NCBI GenBank assembly: GCA_036261255.1
Contig: DATALD010000035.1
Location: 683 to 64,682 of the forward strand
DNA from: Bacteroidales bacterium
GTDB lineage: Bacteria > Bacteroidota > Bacteroidia > Bacteroidales > VadinHA17
Direction: 5' to 3'
DNA: 64,000 bases
How positions within the stretch are numbered: the first letter of the stretch is position 1; every line of letters starts with the position of its first letter. Positions 43,800 through 54,352 of this stretch are shown piece by piece. The notes under the pieces are model-generated. The model was given only the letters and a program-made list of their open reading frames with translations, searched no databases and was not told where the DNA came from. A program made the translations under genes and the position numbers.

Positions 43800-44252
43800 T
43801 TATTTGTTATCATCAGCAAACCATTCAGCGTAGGAGGTTGCTGTTTCATATAGCTTAAGGCAGAATAATCTTGTACCTGCAGGCAGTTGAACAGAGATCC
43901 TGTTGGCAAAATCTGCCACCAGGTTTTCACATGTTGGCTGATAATCAACAGCAACAACATTCCCGAAAAGTGTAGAAAAAACCTCAAGTTTATGCTTTTC
44001 ATACCTGTTGTTAATCACTACTGAGTGATCGAAAACAGCTACAATTTCCTTTCTTACAATTTTTTTAAGATCTGCAAAATCTATAACCATGCCATCTTTG
44101 GGATTGTCGGGATTGTCAACCGGAGTTCCGGCAATTGTTACAAAAAGCCTGTAAGAATGACCATGCACATTTCTGCAGGGCCCATCATAATTCCACAGGA
44201 CATGAGCCATCTCAAAATGAAATTCCTTGGTTACCCTTATCAGAGGAGTCAT
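43800..44252 (-). CDS. queD: 6-carboxytetrahydropterin synthase
   Basis: FEMAHVL...CRNVHGHSYRL, the zinc-binding His and catalytic Cys pattern of PTPS/QueD. Confidence 0.88.
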   Translation of the reverse strand: MTPLIRVTKEFHFEMAHVLWNYDGPCRNVHGHSYRLFVTIAGTPVDNPDNPKDGMVIDFADLKKIVRKEIVAVFDHSVVINNRYEKHKLEVFSTLFGNVVAVDYQPTCENLVADFANRISVQLPAGTRLFCLKLYETATSYAEWFADDNK

Positions 44253-44269
44253 AATCTAAAAGGTTTCTG

Positions 44270-44277
44270 CAAAATTA
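44270..44277 (-). promoter_or_regulatory. Bacteroidota -7 box (TAATTTTG on the minus strand)
   Basis: caaaatta on the plus strand, 18 nt upstream of the queD start. Confidence 0.45.
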
Positions 44278-44363
44278 ACTATTCAACTGATAATGCATTA
44301 ATAATTAATATACTTATTAAAGATTATTAAGGAAATATTAACATGCCACACTTATTAATTGAC

Positions 44364-44371
44364 TACATTTG
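44364..44371 (+). promoter_or_regulatory. Bacteroidota -7 box TAnnTTTG
   Basis: tacatttg, 19 nt upstream of the ATG at 44391. Confidence 0.45.
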
Positions 44372-44390
44372 TTGCTTTAATGGGATATAA

Positions 44391-46025
44391 ATGTCAAATG
44401 AAATTCAGAAGCTGACCTTCCCCTCTTTATTTAATGAAACAGTGAGGAAATTCGGCAACAGGGATGCGTATGCATTTGCAGGTGAGGATAGTATTACTTT
44501 TGACAGAGCGAATGTCAGGATCGGTTCGCTCATTGCTTTTCTTGAAAAAAACGGTATTGCACCTGGTGATAAAGTAGCTATTCTTAGCCTCAATATGCCT
44601 AACTGGGCAATTTCGTACTTTTCAATAACTTTTATGGGTGCAGTTGTTGTACCTGTTCTCCCCGACTTTTCACAACTGGAAGTCAGCAATGTTCTCAGCC
44701 ATTCAGGAGCAAAAGCTGTATTTGTTTCATCTTCTCTTGTTCAGAAGGTTACCGGATTCAATCCAGAAGATCTTAAAATGATAATCTCTATTGAAGATTT
44801 TTCGGTTATCTCTCATTCTGATCAGATTTCTGAATATAATCCTTCAGATATACCAGCAAAAACATACAACGTTGAGGAAGAAGATATTGCATCAATAATC
44901 TATACTTCTGGCACAACCGGTAAATCGAAAGGAGTTATGCTCACTCATAAGAACATTGTTTTCAATGCTTCAAAAGGAAGACGTATTCAATGGATTGATG
45001 AGAATGACAGGTTTCTTTCAGTACTGCCTTTATCTCATACTTATGAGAACACACTTGGATTAATTTTACCACTTCTTGGCGGTTCCTGTGTTTATTATCT
45101 CCGGAAACCTCCCACTCCTTCAGTTTTGCTTCCTGCACTTGAGATAGTTAAGCCTACAATGATGCTTACAGTACCTCTGATAATCGAGAAGATCTATTTT
45201 AATAAGATACTTCCGACTTTCAGAGAAAACAAGATATTGTGGATGCTTTATAAGGTTCCTGCATTCAGAAAACTTTTAAATGCTGCTGCAGGCAAAAAAC
45301 TCAGAAAAACATTTGGTGGACATCTTAGGTTTTTCGGAATAGGAGGCGCCAAAGTGAACAAGACAGTTGAAAAATTTCTTGTTGAAGCCAAATTTCCTTA
45401 TGCTATCGGCTATGGATTAACTGAAACGGCTCCGCTTCTTGCAGGGGCAAATCCAAAATTGACAGTATTCGAATCAACAGGACCTGCAATTGAAGATATC
45501 GAGCTTATCATAAATAAACCCGATCCGGTTACAGGCGAAGGGGAAATATGGGCAAGGGGACCAAACGTAATGAAAGGTTATTACAAAGAACCTGAACTGA
45601 CTAAAGAAGTACTCACTGAAGATGGATGGTTCAAGACTGGTGATCTTGGTGTTCTCGATTCAAAGAATAATCTTTATATAAAAGGCAGGCTTAAGAATAT
45701 GATTCTTGGATCCAGCGGTGAAAACATTTACCCTGAAGAGATAGAATCTGTTATTAACTCTTTCCGCTTTGTTGTAGAATCATTAGTACTTGAACAAAAA
45801 GGCAAGCTTGTTGCTCTTGTTCATCTTAACATGGAAGAGTATGAAAAAAAATACCAGACTTTCAAAGAGGATTTAAGCACTAAAAAAGAAGAAATCCTAA
45901 ATGAGATTAAGGCTTATGTTAACGCTAATGTAAATAAATTCAGCCAGATTCAGAAGATAATAGTTCATCCCGAGCCGTTTCAGAAGACGGCTACTCTTAA
46001 GATCAAAAGATTTCTCTACGTATAA
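44391..46025 (+). CDS. AMP-dependent synthetase / long-chain-fatty-acid--CoA ligase
   Basis: AMP-binding motif IIYTSGTTGKSKGVMLTHKN, plus later GYGLTE and WFKTGDLG motifs. Confidence 0.88.
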   Translation: MSNEIQKLTFPSLFNETVRKFGNRDAYAFAGEDSITFDRANVRIGSLIAFLEKNGIAPGDKVAILSLNMPNWAISYFSITFMGAVVVPVLPDFSQLEVSNVLSHSGAKAVFVSSSLVQKVTGFNPEDLKMIISIEDFSVISHSDQISEYNPSDIPAKTYNVEEEDIASIIYTSGTTGKSKGVMLTHKNIVFNASKGRRIQWIDENDRFLSVLPLSHTYENTLGLILPLLGGSCVYYLRKPPTPSVLLPALEIVKPTMMLTVPLIIEKIYFNKILPTFRENKILWMLYKVPAFRKLLNAAAGKKLRKTFGGHLRFFGIGGAKVNKTVEKFLVEAKFPYAIGYGLTETAPLLAGANPKLTVFESTGPAIEDIELIINKPDPVTGEGEIWARGPNVMKGYYKEPELTKEVLTEDGWFKTGDLGVLDSKNNLYIKGRLKNMILGSSGENIYPEEIESVINSFRFVVESLVLEQKGKLVALVHLNMEEYEKKYQTFKEDLSTKKEEILNEIKAYVNANVNKFSQIQKIIVHPEPFQKTATLKIKRFLYV

Positions 46026-46028
46026 TTT

Positions 46029-46059
46029 AAAAAAAACGGAGTATGAACTCCGTTTTTTT
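46029..46059. terminator. Bidirectional rho-independent terminator between convergent genes
   Basis: 10-bp stem aaaacggagt / actccgtttt with loop atga, flanked by an A-run and a T-run. Confidence 0.8.
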
Positions 46060-46069
46060 AATATTTCCC

Positions 46070-46807
46070 CTAAGCTTTCAGAGCCTGTTCATATCTCCTG
46101 TTTACTTCCTCCCAGTTAACAACATTCCAGAAAGCATCAACGTATTCGGGTCTCCTGTTTTGATATTTCAGATAATAAGCATGCTCCCATACATCAAGTG
46201 TGAGAAGCGGAGTCCCTTTCAATGATGAGATGTCCATTATTGGACTATCCTGGTTTGGCGTACTGCCAACAGCAAGTAATTTGTCTTGTTTCAGAACAAG
46301 CCATGCCCAACCACTTCCAAACCTGGTTTTTGCAGCATTGCCAAATGCTTCTTTGAATTTATCGAAGGATCCAAATGCTTTGTCAATCTCTTTTGAAAGA
46401 ACATCCGACGGTTTGCCTGATTTCTTTGAGAGGTTGTTCCAGAAAATCAAATGATTATAATAACCTCCCCCATTGTTTCTGACAGCATCAGGAAGTTTCG
46501 AAACAGATGCAAATATCTCTTCAACAGTTTGCTTTGCTGCCGGGGTATCCTTAATTGCATTTAAAAAATTAGTATGATAAGCACGATGATGCTTATCGTA
46601 ATGAATTTCCATTGTCCTTGCATCAATGTATGGCTCAAGAGCATCATAAGAATAAGGTAATGGCGGGAAAACAGACTCTATCGCTGATCCCTGCGGTGCA
46701 AATGTGACACCTCCTCCTGCAGTTTCAGGCATAGCAAACATTCTTGGTGAAAATGAAGCGGCTGCTGTAAATAATCCTGCGGATTTAACAAAAGTTCGTC
46801 TTTTCAT
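46070..46807 (-). CDS. Fe/Mn superoxide dismutase with twin-arginine (Tat) signal peptide
   Basis: [19 protein letters not shown] followed by the SOD fold. Motifs [15 protein letters not shown] and [19 protein letters not shown]. Confidence 0.9.
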   Translation of the reverse strand: MKRRTFVKSAGLFTAAASFSPRMFAMPETAGGGVTFAPQGSAIESVFPPLPYSYDALEPYIDARTMEIHYDKHHRAYHTNFLNAIKDTPAAKQTVEEIFASVSKLPDAVRNNGGGYYNHLIFWNNLSKKSGKPSDVLSKEIDKAFGSFDKFKEAFGNAAKTRFGSGWAWLVLKQDKLLAVGSTPNQDSPIMDISSLKGTPLLTLDVWEHAYYLKYQNRRPEYVDAFWNVVNWEEVNRRYEQALKA

Positions 46808-46987
46808 AGTTCAAAGTTTATGCATTAACACCCGCCTGCTCTGTTTTGTTCATTCTATCAAGATCAACAATTGTGAACTCTTTTATCTTCAATCTATTGG
46901 ATCAATCAGGAAAATATATTAAATTTAGAGAATATTAACTCTTCTTAGGTTAATCGGGGGATCAACAAGGAACCTAAAATTACTACC

Positions 46988-47368
46988 ATGAATAATGTCA
47001 CCGCTATTGGAAGAATACTCTATGCTTTACCTTTTGCTATTTTCGGGATAAATCATTTCCTGATGACTGATTATTATATAGGGATGCTCACATCTTTTAT
47101 TCCTGGTGGAGCCTATACAATTATTCTTGTCGGAATATTACTGATTGTTACGAGCATAAGCATAATCTTTAAGAAATTTGTGATAGTAGCAACACTAACA
47201 TTGGCAGGGCTTCTGCTTCTATTCATTTTGACAATCCACATACCACATCTTTTCAGCGATTCAGATAAAACAACAACTATAATTGCCCTCTTTAAAGATA
47301 TTTCGTTAATGGGTGGATCGCTGATGATTTCAGGAATTAGTTCGGTTGAAAAAAAAATAAAGTTGTGA
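46988..47368 (+). CDS. DoxX-like small integral membrane protein
   Basis: 126 aa with 4 predicted TM helices. The family assignment is tentative. Confidence 0.45.
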   Translation: MNNVTAIGRILYALPFAIFGINHFLMTDYYIGMLTSFIPGGAYTIILVGILLIVTSISIIFKKFVIVATLTLAGLLLLFILTIHIPHLFSDSDKTTTIIALFKDISLMGGSLMISGISSVEKKIKL

Positions 47369-47463
47369 AGAATGCTTTTTACTGATTAATATTCTCATTT
47401 TATGCGGAATTCAGGATAATATTCGCTATCTTTAAATGTAATCCCTAACTTATAGCAGATGCA

Positions 47464-48240
47464 ATGAAAAAAAAGAGTCTTCTTCTTGCAGTAACCGCTT
47501 TCCTGAGTGTCATGGTGCTTCCACAAAATGCTTTGTTTGACAGACAAATGCAGGTTGGTTTCGAAGAGAAACAGGGTCAATATGTAAACCTTGAGACAAA
47601 GCTCATCAATGAAAATGGGGATACGGTACGGCTTAAAGATGTCATTACAAAACCTACGATACTAAGTATGGTTTATTACAGGTGTCCCGGAACGTGCAGC
47701 CCGTTAATGTGGGGTATGTCGAAGTTCATCGATGAAATGGATCTTAAACCCGGCAGGGATTACCAGGTTCTAACAATTAGTTTCGACCATACCGAGAATA
47801 TAGAACTCGGTAAAAAAAAGAAGGCGAGCTATATTAATAACATGAATAACAAGGAGGCCGCACAGGAATGGCAGTTTTTTGTTGCTGACAGTTCGCAGAT
47901 TGCAGCACTCTCCAAGTCTGTTGGCTTTCATTTCAGGGAAGTAAATGGACAATATGTTCATCCAACAGGTCTAGTTGCACTCGCATCTGATGGTAAAATA
48001 ACACGGTATCTCAGGGGAATTGACTTCCTCCCATTTGACATAAAGATTACAATGATCGAAGCTGCCGACGGAAAGGTAGGACCAAGCATTAACAGGCTGC
48101 TTGCCATTTGTTATTCTTATGACTCAACAGGCAACCAGTATGTCTTTAACGTTACAAGGGTATCAGCAATATTGATTTCATTCTTTATTGCAATGTTTTT
48201 GGGATACCTCATTCTTCGTCCAAGATTGAAAAGAGCTTGA
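47464..48240 (+). CDS. SCO1/SenC-family copper chaperone for cytochrome oxidase assembly
   Basis: Thioredoxin-like fold with CPGTC (CxxxC) and a downstream His. C-terminal TM segment. Confidence 0.8.
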   Translation: MKKKSLLLAVTAFLSVMVLPQNALFDRQMQVGFEEKQGQYVNLETKLINENGDTVRLKDVITKPTILSMVYYRCPGTCSPLMWGMSKFIDEMDLKPGRDYQVLTISFDHTENIELGKKKKASYINNMNNKEAAQEWQFFVADSSQIAALSKSVGFHFREVNGQYVHPTGLVALASDGKITRYLRGIDFLPFDIKITMIEAADGKVGPSINRLLAICYSYDSTGNQYVFNVTRVSAILISFFIAMFLGYLILRPRLKRA

Positions 48241-48267
48241 TTTTTTAAATTTCACACATACATATAT

Positions 48268-49875
48268 ATGAATGTTCAGGAAACAAATATGGAGCCTGAT
48301 TATCTCCATTACGAGGGAAAACACAAAGGTATTTTTGCCTGGATACTCTCAACCGACCATAAAAGGATAGGTTTATTGTATCTGTTCTCCTTTCTTGTCT
48401 TTTTCTCCGTAGCAGCGACACTCGGCCTGCTTATGAAGTTTGAGCTTATTGCACCCGGAAAAACAGTGATGGATCCTCAGACCTACAATGCATTTTTTAC
48501 ATTGCATGGCATAATAATGATCTTTGCAATAGTAATACCCGGAATACCTGCTGTTTTCGGAAATTTTTTTCTACCAATTATTATAGGCGCAAAGGATGTT
48601 GCATTTCCCCGTCTTAATCTTTTGTCCTGGTACCTGTACATCAGTGGTATCACGCTTGTCATGATCTCGCAGTTTGCAGGTGCGGCTGCACCTGATACAG
48701 GCTGGACATTCTATGCCCCATACAGTTTCAGGACAGCAGGAAACATGCTTCCTGCTGTAGCGGGGGCATTCGTTCTTGGTTTCTCAACGATCATAACGGG
48801 GATCAACTTCATTGTTACAATGCACAGGATGAGGGCGCCGGGGATGACCTGGACAAAAATGCCCCTTTTCGCCTGGTCATTATATGCTACAGGTTGGATA
48901 CAGCTTCTTGCCACACCTGTAATAGGAATAACACTGCTTCTAATAATTGCTGAAAAGGTTTTCAATATCGGATTTTTTGACCCGACTCTTGGAGGCGACC
49001 CGGTTCTTTACCAGCATCTTTTCTGGACTTACAGTCACCCTGCAGTATATATTATGATACTGCCGGCTATGGGCGCAATCTCTGAAGTTATTTCGACACT
49101 GGCACATAAAACGGTATTCGGATATAAATTTATGATAGGCTCACTGATGGCGATAGCTGTAGTAGGATATTTTGTATGGGGACATCACATGTTCACTTCG
49201 GGAATGAGCAATGTTTCAATGTATACTTTCTCTTTGCTCACCTTTCTTGTGGCCATTCCAAGTGCTGTAAAAGTATTCAATTGGATCTCAACAATGCATA
49301 AAGGCTCAATTGATCTGAGAACTCCCTTCTACTGGGCGCTTGCTTTCATATTCGTGTTCATGATAGGAGGTTTTTCGGGCCTTATGCTTGGCTCCCTGGC
49401 TGCTAATGTTCACCTTCATAATACTCACTTTGTTGTTGCCCACTTCCATTACATCGTCTTTGGAGGAACCGGCTACGCTTTCTTTGCAGCTGTTCACTAC
49501 TGGTACCCTAAAATGACTGGAAGAATGTACGATGAACGATGGGCCAACATCGGATTGATCATGTTCTTTATCGGATTTAACCTGCTTTATGGTCTTATGT
49601 TCTACCTGGGATATGAAGGTATGCCAAGGAGGTACTTTGATTATGACGAATCATTTCATCTTGGAAACATTTATTCTACTATGGGTTCGTGGATTATGTA
49701 CGCCGGCCTGGCAGTAATTATAATCAACCTTCTTGTTTCATTAAGGAACAAGGTCCCGGTTTCATCAAATCCCTGGGGAGGAGTAACTCTCGAATGGACT
49801 ATTCCTTCGCCTCCACCGACTGAAAACTTTAAAGAGATACCGGTTATAACAAAAAAAATATACGAATACGAATGA
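48268..49875 (+). CDS. ctaD: Cytochrome c oxidase subunit I
   Basis: 535 aa, 12 TM. Canonical TDHKRIG, WFFGHPEVY-like FWTYSHPAVYIMILP and HHMF motifs. Confidence 0.96.
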   Translation: MNVQETNMEPDYLHYEGKHKGIFAWILSTDHKRIGLLYLFSFLVFFSVAATLGLLMKFELIAPGKTVMDPQTYNAFFTLHGIIMIFAIVIPGIPAVFGNFFLPIIIGAKDVAFPRLNLLSWYLYISGITLVMISQFAGAAAPDTGWTFYAPYSFRTAGNMLPAVAGAFVLGFSTIITGINFIVTMHRMRAPGMTWTKMPLFAWSLYATGWIQLLATPVIGITLLLIIAEKVFNIGFFDPTLGGDPVLYQHLFWTYSHPAVYIMILPAMGAISEVISTLAHKTVFGYKFMIGSLMAIAVVGYFVWGHHMFTSGMSNVSMYTFSLLTFLVAIPSAVKVFNWISTMHKGSIDLRTPFYWALAFIFVFMIGGFSGLMLGSLAANVHLHNTHFVVAHFHYIVFGGTGYAFFAAVHYWYPKMTGRMYDERWANIGLIMFFIGFNLLYGLMFYLGYEGMPRRYFDYDESFHLGNIYSTMGSWIMYAGLAVIIINLLVSLRNKVPVSSNPWGGVTLEWTIPSPPPTENFKEIPVITKKIYEYE

Positions 49876-50480
49876 GCCAGACAGTTGAATTGCACAGGGA
49901 CGATCTTGCGTCAAAGACAGGAATGTGGCTTTTTCTCTTTACTGAGATGCTTCTGTTCGGAACATTGTTTGTTGTCTACTCGGTATACAGGTACCGCAAT
50001 CCTGAAGCTTTCCACCTCGCGGCCACAGAACTTGATGTTACAATTGGAACAATAAACACTATCATCCTCCTCATCAGCAGTGCAACAATTGCCATGTCGA
50101 TAACAGCCATCCAGGAGAAAAGAAAAAAACTTGCTCTGGGGCTCTTATCTATAACTGCAATCCTGGGCCTTGTCTTCCTTGTAAACAAATATTTCGAATG
50201 GGGACATCATATTCATGATAAGATCTACCCGGGTTCGGATGTCCTATTCCAGAGAGGATATGGAGATATCATGTTTTATGGGTTATATTACTTTATGACA
50301 GGCCTTCATGCTTTGCACATAATAATCGGGCTTGTTTTCATAAGCTTTATTATTGTTTACATCATGAGGGATAAAATCAAACACGATGATTTTGTTTTAC
50401 AAGAGAACGGAGGCCTTTACTGGCATCTCGTTGACCTGATTTGGATCTTTTTATTTCCCCTCTTCTACCTCATAACTTAA
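49872..50480 (+). CDS. ctaE: Cytochrome c oxidase subunit III
   Basis: 202 aa, 5 TM. LFLFTEMLLFG and YWHLVDLIW motifs. ATGA overlap with ctaD. Confidence 0.88.
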   Translation: MSQTVELHRDDLASKTGMWLFLFTEMLLFGTLFVVYSVYRYRNPEAFHLAATELDVTIGTINTIILLISSATIAMSITAIQEKRKKLALGLLSITAILGLVFLVNKYFEWGHHIHDKIYPGSDVLFQRGYGDIMFYGLYYFMTGLHALHIIIGLVFISFIIVYIMRDKIKHDDFVLQENGGLYWHLVDLIWIFLFPLFYLIT

Positions 50481-50490
50481 CAGGCGAAAA

Positions 50491-50775
50491 ATGGAGAACG
50501 GACATAATCACATAATTCCATACAAGACAATATTAGTTGTCCTGGCAGCGCTAATAACACTTACGCTTATCTCTGTTGCTGTTACAAGCATTTACCTTGG
50601 AGCCTTCACAGTGCTCGTGGCTTTGCTTATTGCTGTAGCAAAATCGATACTGGTGCTTCGGATCTTTATGCATCTGAAACTTGAAAGCAGGATGTTTACA
50701 ATCCTTACAATTGGTGTCGCAACTTTGATTGGTTTTGTAATTATTGGAACAATAACAGACTATATTTTCAGATAG
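50491..50775 (+). CDS. Cytochrome c oxidase subunit IV (bacterial caa3/aa3 small subunit)
   Basis: 94 aa, 3 TM. Positioned after subunit III. The KSILVLRIFMHL motif is typical of the family. Confidence 0.7.
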   Translation: MENGHNHIIPYKTILVVLAALITLTLISVAVTSIYLGAFTVLVALLIAVAKSILVLRIFMHLKLESRMFTILTIGVATLIGFVIIGTITDYIFR

Positions 50776-50777
50776 AT

Positions 50778-51728
50778 ATGTATTCAACAACAGGGTTTGA
50801 AGCTTCTAACTTTGTGACCAGTTTCAATACATCATTTAATATGATACTCTGGGTATCGATAGCCTTCATACTGTTTTTGACAGGTCTGATGGTGTATTTT
50901 GTATTCCGGTATAACAGGAAGAAGCATAAGAAAGCAGAGCAGATTGAAGGTAACAATGCTCTTGAAATCACCTGGACAATCATTCCGATAATGTTGGCTC
51001 TTGTGATGTTCCATTTTGGATGGAAAGGATGGACACCTATGAATAAACCACCAAAAGATGCCATCAATGTCACAACGATGGCCCGTATGTGGAGCTTTAC
51101 TTTCCTTTATGAAAACGGGAAACAAAGTCCCGATCTTGTAATTCCTGTAAGTCAGGCTGTGAACATAAAGCTTGTTTCTCTTGATGTGCTCCATAGTCTC
51201 TATATCCCGGAATTCAGGGTCAAGTCCGATATCGTTCCGGGGCGTGAAAAGTACATGTGGTTCAGGTCGGACCGCGAAGGTGAGTATGATCTCTATTGTG
51301 CTGAATACTGTGGCTTAAGACACTCGTATATGAATGCAACTGTACGTGTACTTCCCAGGGAAGAGTTTGACAAATGGTATGCAGAGACAGCAGTTGCTGT
51401 AGATAGTACCGCGGCAGGGAAACCCGGGTCTGAAGGCGCTGAGCTTATTAAAACAAATGGCTGCCTGGCCTGTCATTCATCTGATGGCAGTAAGATAGTT
51501 GGACCAACTTTCCTTGGATTATTCGGCCATGAACAGTCAGTTCTAAAAGATGGTCAGCGTATTTCCGTAACAGCAGATGAGGAATATATAACAAGGTCTA
51601 TTTATGAACCTAACGCTGAAATTGTCGAGGGCTACCAGGAAGGACTTATGCAACCTTACAAAGGAGTCCTAAATGATGAACAGGTGGCTTCAATAATAGA
51701 ATACCTGAAAACTCTTAATGATAAATAA
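50778..51728 (+). CDS. ctaC: Cytochrome c oxidase subunit II fused to a C-terminal cytochrome c domain (caa3 type)
   Basis: Two TM segments. CuA motif HSLYIPEF...CAEYCGLRHSYM. C-terminal heme c site GCLACHS. Confidence 0.92.
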   Translation: MYSTTGFEASNFVTSFNTSFNMILWVSIAFILFLTGLMVYFVFRYNRKKHKKAEQIEGNNALEITWTIIPIMLALVMFHFGWKGWTPMNKPPKDAINVTTMARMWSFTFLYENGKQSPDLVIPVSQAVNIKLVSLDVLHSLYIPEFRVKSDIVPGREKYMWFRSDREGEYDLYCAEYCGLRHSYMNATVRVLPREEFDKWYAETAVAVDSTAAGKPGSEGAELIKTNGCLACHSSDGSKIVGPTFLGLFGHEQSVLKDGQRISVTADEEYITRSIYEPNAEIVEGYQEGLMQPYKGVLNDEQVASIIEYLKTLNDK

Positions 51729-52593
51729 TAACAGATTTCGCCTCTACCTTGAGATGTTCAAATTAAAGATAGTATTGCCGGTAAGTCTGACAGGCTTTAC
51801 CGGTTTTTTTCTCATTGATCCTTCATTTTCAGCAAAAAGCTTTCTTGTTACTACGGGAATAATTTTTATGGCTATAGCTGCGTCAGTAATTAACCAGCTA
51901 CAGGAGATAGAGACTGATAAAAAAATGGAGAGAACAATGAGCAGACCCCTCCCATCGGGGAAAATTAGTGTTGTCTCAGCCTGGTTAGTTGCAATAATCT
52001 TCCTTATCGCAGGTTCAATAATCATCAGGTACAACGGGAATAACGCGGCAATGATTGTAAGTCTCTTTACTGTTTTCTGGTATAATGGGGTTTATACGGT
52101 CTTAAAAAGAGTGACTTCACTTGCAGTAATTCCCGGGGCTCTTACAGGGGCAATGCCACCACTTATCGGCTGGCTCGCAGCAGGGGGAGACCCATTTGAC
52201 CCACGAATAACAATTATCCAGCTCTTCTTCTTTACAGGCCAGATACCGCACTTCTGGCTTTTGCTGCTAAAATATGGTGATCAATATAAAAAAGCAGATT
52301 TCCCGGTACTTACAGCTTTCTTATCTTATCATAGTGTTAAAAGGCTAATCTTCATTACGCTTTTAATAAGTGTATTATCCGCTATACTGATGAGCATTGG
52401 GGGTATTATCATCAATAATATGATGATATCATTGATAATCGTACTTTCCGCAGGATTGATGATTGTTTTTTATATTTTCCTGAAAGAAAACAACGATCAA
52501 AAAAAGATAAGCAGGTACTCTGCCATACTTAATTCGTATTACCTTGTAATAATGTTTTTACTTATCTCTGACAGGGTGATTGCTTCGATTTAA
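51718..52593 (+). CDS. ctaB: Protoheme IX farnesyltransferase (heme O synthase)
   Basis: UbiA-fold motif NQLQEIETDKKMERTMSRPLPSG. 291 aa, multi-TM. Overlaps the ctaC end by 11 nt. Confidence 0.88.
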   Translation: MINNNRFRLYLEMFKLKIVLPVSLTGFTGFFLIDPSFSAKSFLVTTGIIFMAIAASVINQLQEIETDKKMERTMSRPLPSGKISVVSAWLVAIIFLIAGSIIIRYNGNNAAMIVSLFTVFWYNGVYTVLKRVTSLAVIPGALTGAMPPLIGWLAAGGDPFDPRITIIQLFFFTGQIPHFWLLLLKYGDQYKKADFPVLTAFLSYHSVKRLIFITLLISVLSAILMSIGGIIINNMMISLIIVLSAGLMIVFYIFLKENNDQKKISRYSAILNSYYLVIMFLLISDRVIASI

Positions 52594-52598
52594 TAACA

Positions 52599-53783
52599 TT
52601 ATTCGAACTCATGCTCCAGGCTTTCAACGAGATATGGATGATTTTTCTGAATAAGAGGAGCTCTTGATAATGCTCTTACCACAACAAAAGTAAACAGACC
52701 TGCAAAACCAAGGAATATACCTGCTTCAATCAAACCATAGTGTGGAATGCCTGTTATATTTGGCATTATCTGAACAAACAAATCAATGTACTGACCTATA
52801 ATCAGCATTATTATGACTCCGAAGATAACAGTAATATTCCTACTTGTCTTTACTGGTAAAAGGAAAAGGAAAGGTACTCCCCAGTTTAGAGCGATCTGAA
52901 GCCAGAAGAATATCTTCCAACCCTGCTGCCACCTGTCATAATAATAAGCCGTTTCTTCCGGTATATTACCATACCAGATTATCATGAACTGTGCAAACCA
53001 CATATAACCCCAAATGATAGAAAGAATAAAAATGTACCTGGCAAAATCGTGAAGGTGGTAAACATTCAGAAAGCTGAAATATCCTCTTCTGTAAAGGATT
53101 AACACTATTAAAGCAATTATTGAGACACCATGAAGGAAAGCCCCAACAAAATTTTTAAAAGCAAAAATGCTGCTGAACCAATGAGACTCAATTGACATTA
53201 TCAAGTCGAAGGCAGCTATTGAAAATGTTAAGGCAAGTACGAATATGAAGACTCCGGAATAGATCTCCGTTTTCCTGAATATTCTTAGGATTTTGCCAGT
53301 ATCGGAGGGATCAAAAGTATCCTGCTTCAATGATAATCTTCGAAGATACAAGGCAAGGATCGACCAGGCAACAAAGCTAATAATCAGCCTTGTAAAAAAG
53401 AATGTTACATTCAGGTAAGGTGATTTATGGATGAGTATCTGCTCTCCTTCAGAAGATTCTGGTTGCGACCAGTGATAAAGATGTTCTGATCCGAAATAGA
53501 GAAGGATAAAAAAGACAAATGAAACGGGTATCCACATTATCATTGCTTCTGGTACTCTTTTAAATGCAGACGACCAACCCGACTGGGTGATATTCTGGAT
53601 TGAAAGGAAAAATGCTGCGCCTATCGCTAAGGACAAAAAATAATAAATAGCAACAAGATAAGAGCCCCAAGTTGATGCCGGATCACTGAACAGCCCGGAT
53701 ACAAATGCTGCTATCCCAATAAGAACAAGAGCTAAAGCAACAATCCTGAAGGTCTTTGATATATTTAACCGGTCTTTATTCAT
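52599..53783 (-). CDS. actF: Alternative complex III subunit ActF (NrfD-like membrane subunit 2)
   Basis: 394 aa, about 10 TM. Last gene of the act operon. Confidence 0.75.
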   Translation of the reverse strand: MNKDRLNISKTFRIVALALVLIGIAAFVSGLFSDPASTWGSYLVAIYYFLSLAIGAAFFLSIQNITQSGWSSAFKRVPEAMIMWIPVSFVFFILLYFGSEHLYHWSQPESSEGEQILIHKSPYLNVTFFFTRLIISFVAWSILALYLRRLSLKQDTFDPSDTGKILRIFRKTEIYSGVFIFVLALTFSIAAFDLIMSIESHWFSSIFAFKNFVGAFLHGVSIIALIVLILYRRGYFSFLNVYHLHDFARYIFILSIIWGYMWFAQFMIIWYGNIPEETAYYYDRWQQGWKIFFWLQIALNWGVPFLFLLPVKTSRNITVIFGVIIMLIIGQYIDLFVQIMPNITGIPHYGLIEAGIFLGFAGLFTFVVVRALSRAPLIQKNHPYLVESLEHEFE

Positions 53784-53794
53784 AATTTCATTAA

Positions 53795-54352
53795 TTATCT
53801 CTCTTTTGCCTCAATCTGCATTTGCCTTATATAATTGATTATTTTCCAACGGTCGTCAGGCCTTACTTGCGAACCATGAGGTCCCATTGAACCTAATCCG
53901 AGCGTTATTGTGTGATATATCTCTCCATCCTTAAGTGCAGCTGCCATATTACCCGAAATGGGTCGTGGTTTTAATGGGTAGAGTCCTGATTTAAACAGAT
54001 TTCCATCTCCTTCCCCGGAAACACCATGGCACCCTATGCAGAATATCTCGTAAGCTTCTTTCCCCCGCTGAATGTTAGCTTCTGTTAATTCAAAAGGGTT
54101 CTTTATTTCATTACCAGCCTTAGCTCTCGATTCAGGGTTAATAGTATATTCAAAAGGCAGATGACCGCGGGCAATAGAACCCTCTGGGGGTACCCGCATA
54201 GTCATGCTGTCAGAAAAATTAGGATTTTCCGTATATGATTCATAGGCTGTCGAATAGAACATATCAGGAAAATAGTCCCATCCGGGATGATTCCTGTCCC
54301 TGTCGCATCCAGCAAGGCTCATAAGAATGGCTAAAAACAGCAACTTTCTCAT
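53795..54352 (-). CDS. actE: Alternative complex III subunit ActE (monoheme cytochrome c lipoprotein)
   Basis: Lipobox LAGC and a single CIGCH heme site. Confidence 0.8.
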   Translation of the reverse strand: MRKLLFLAILMSLAGCDRDRNHPGWDYFPDMFYSTAYESYTENPNFSDSMTMRVPPEGSIARGHLPFEYTINPESRAKAGNEIKNPFELTEANIQRGKEAYEIFCIGCHGVSGEGDGNLFKSGLYPLKPRPISGNMAAALKDGEIYHTITLGLGSMGPHGSQVRPDDRWKIINYIRQMQIEAKER

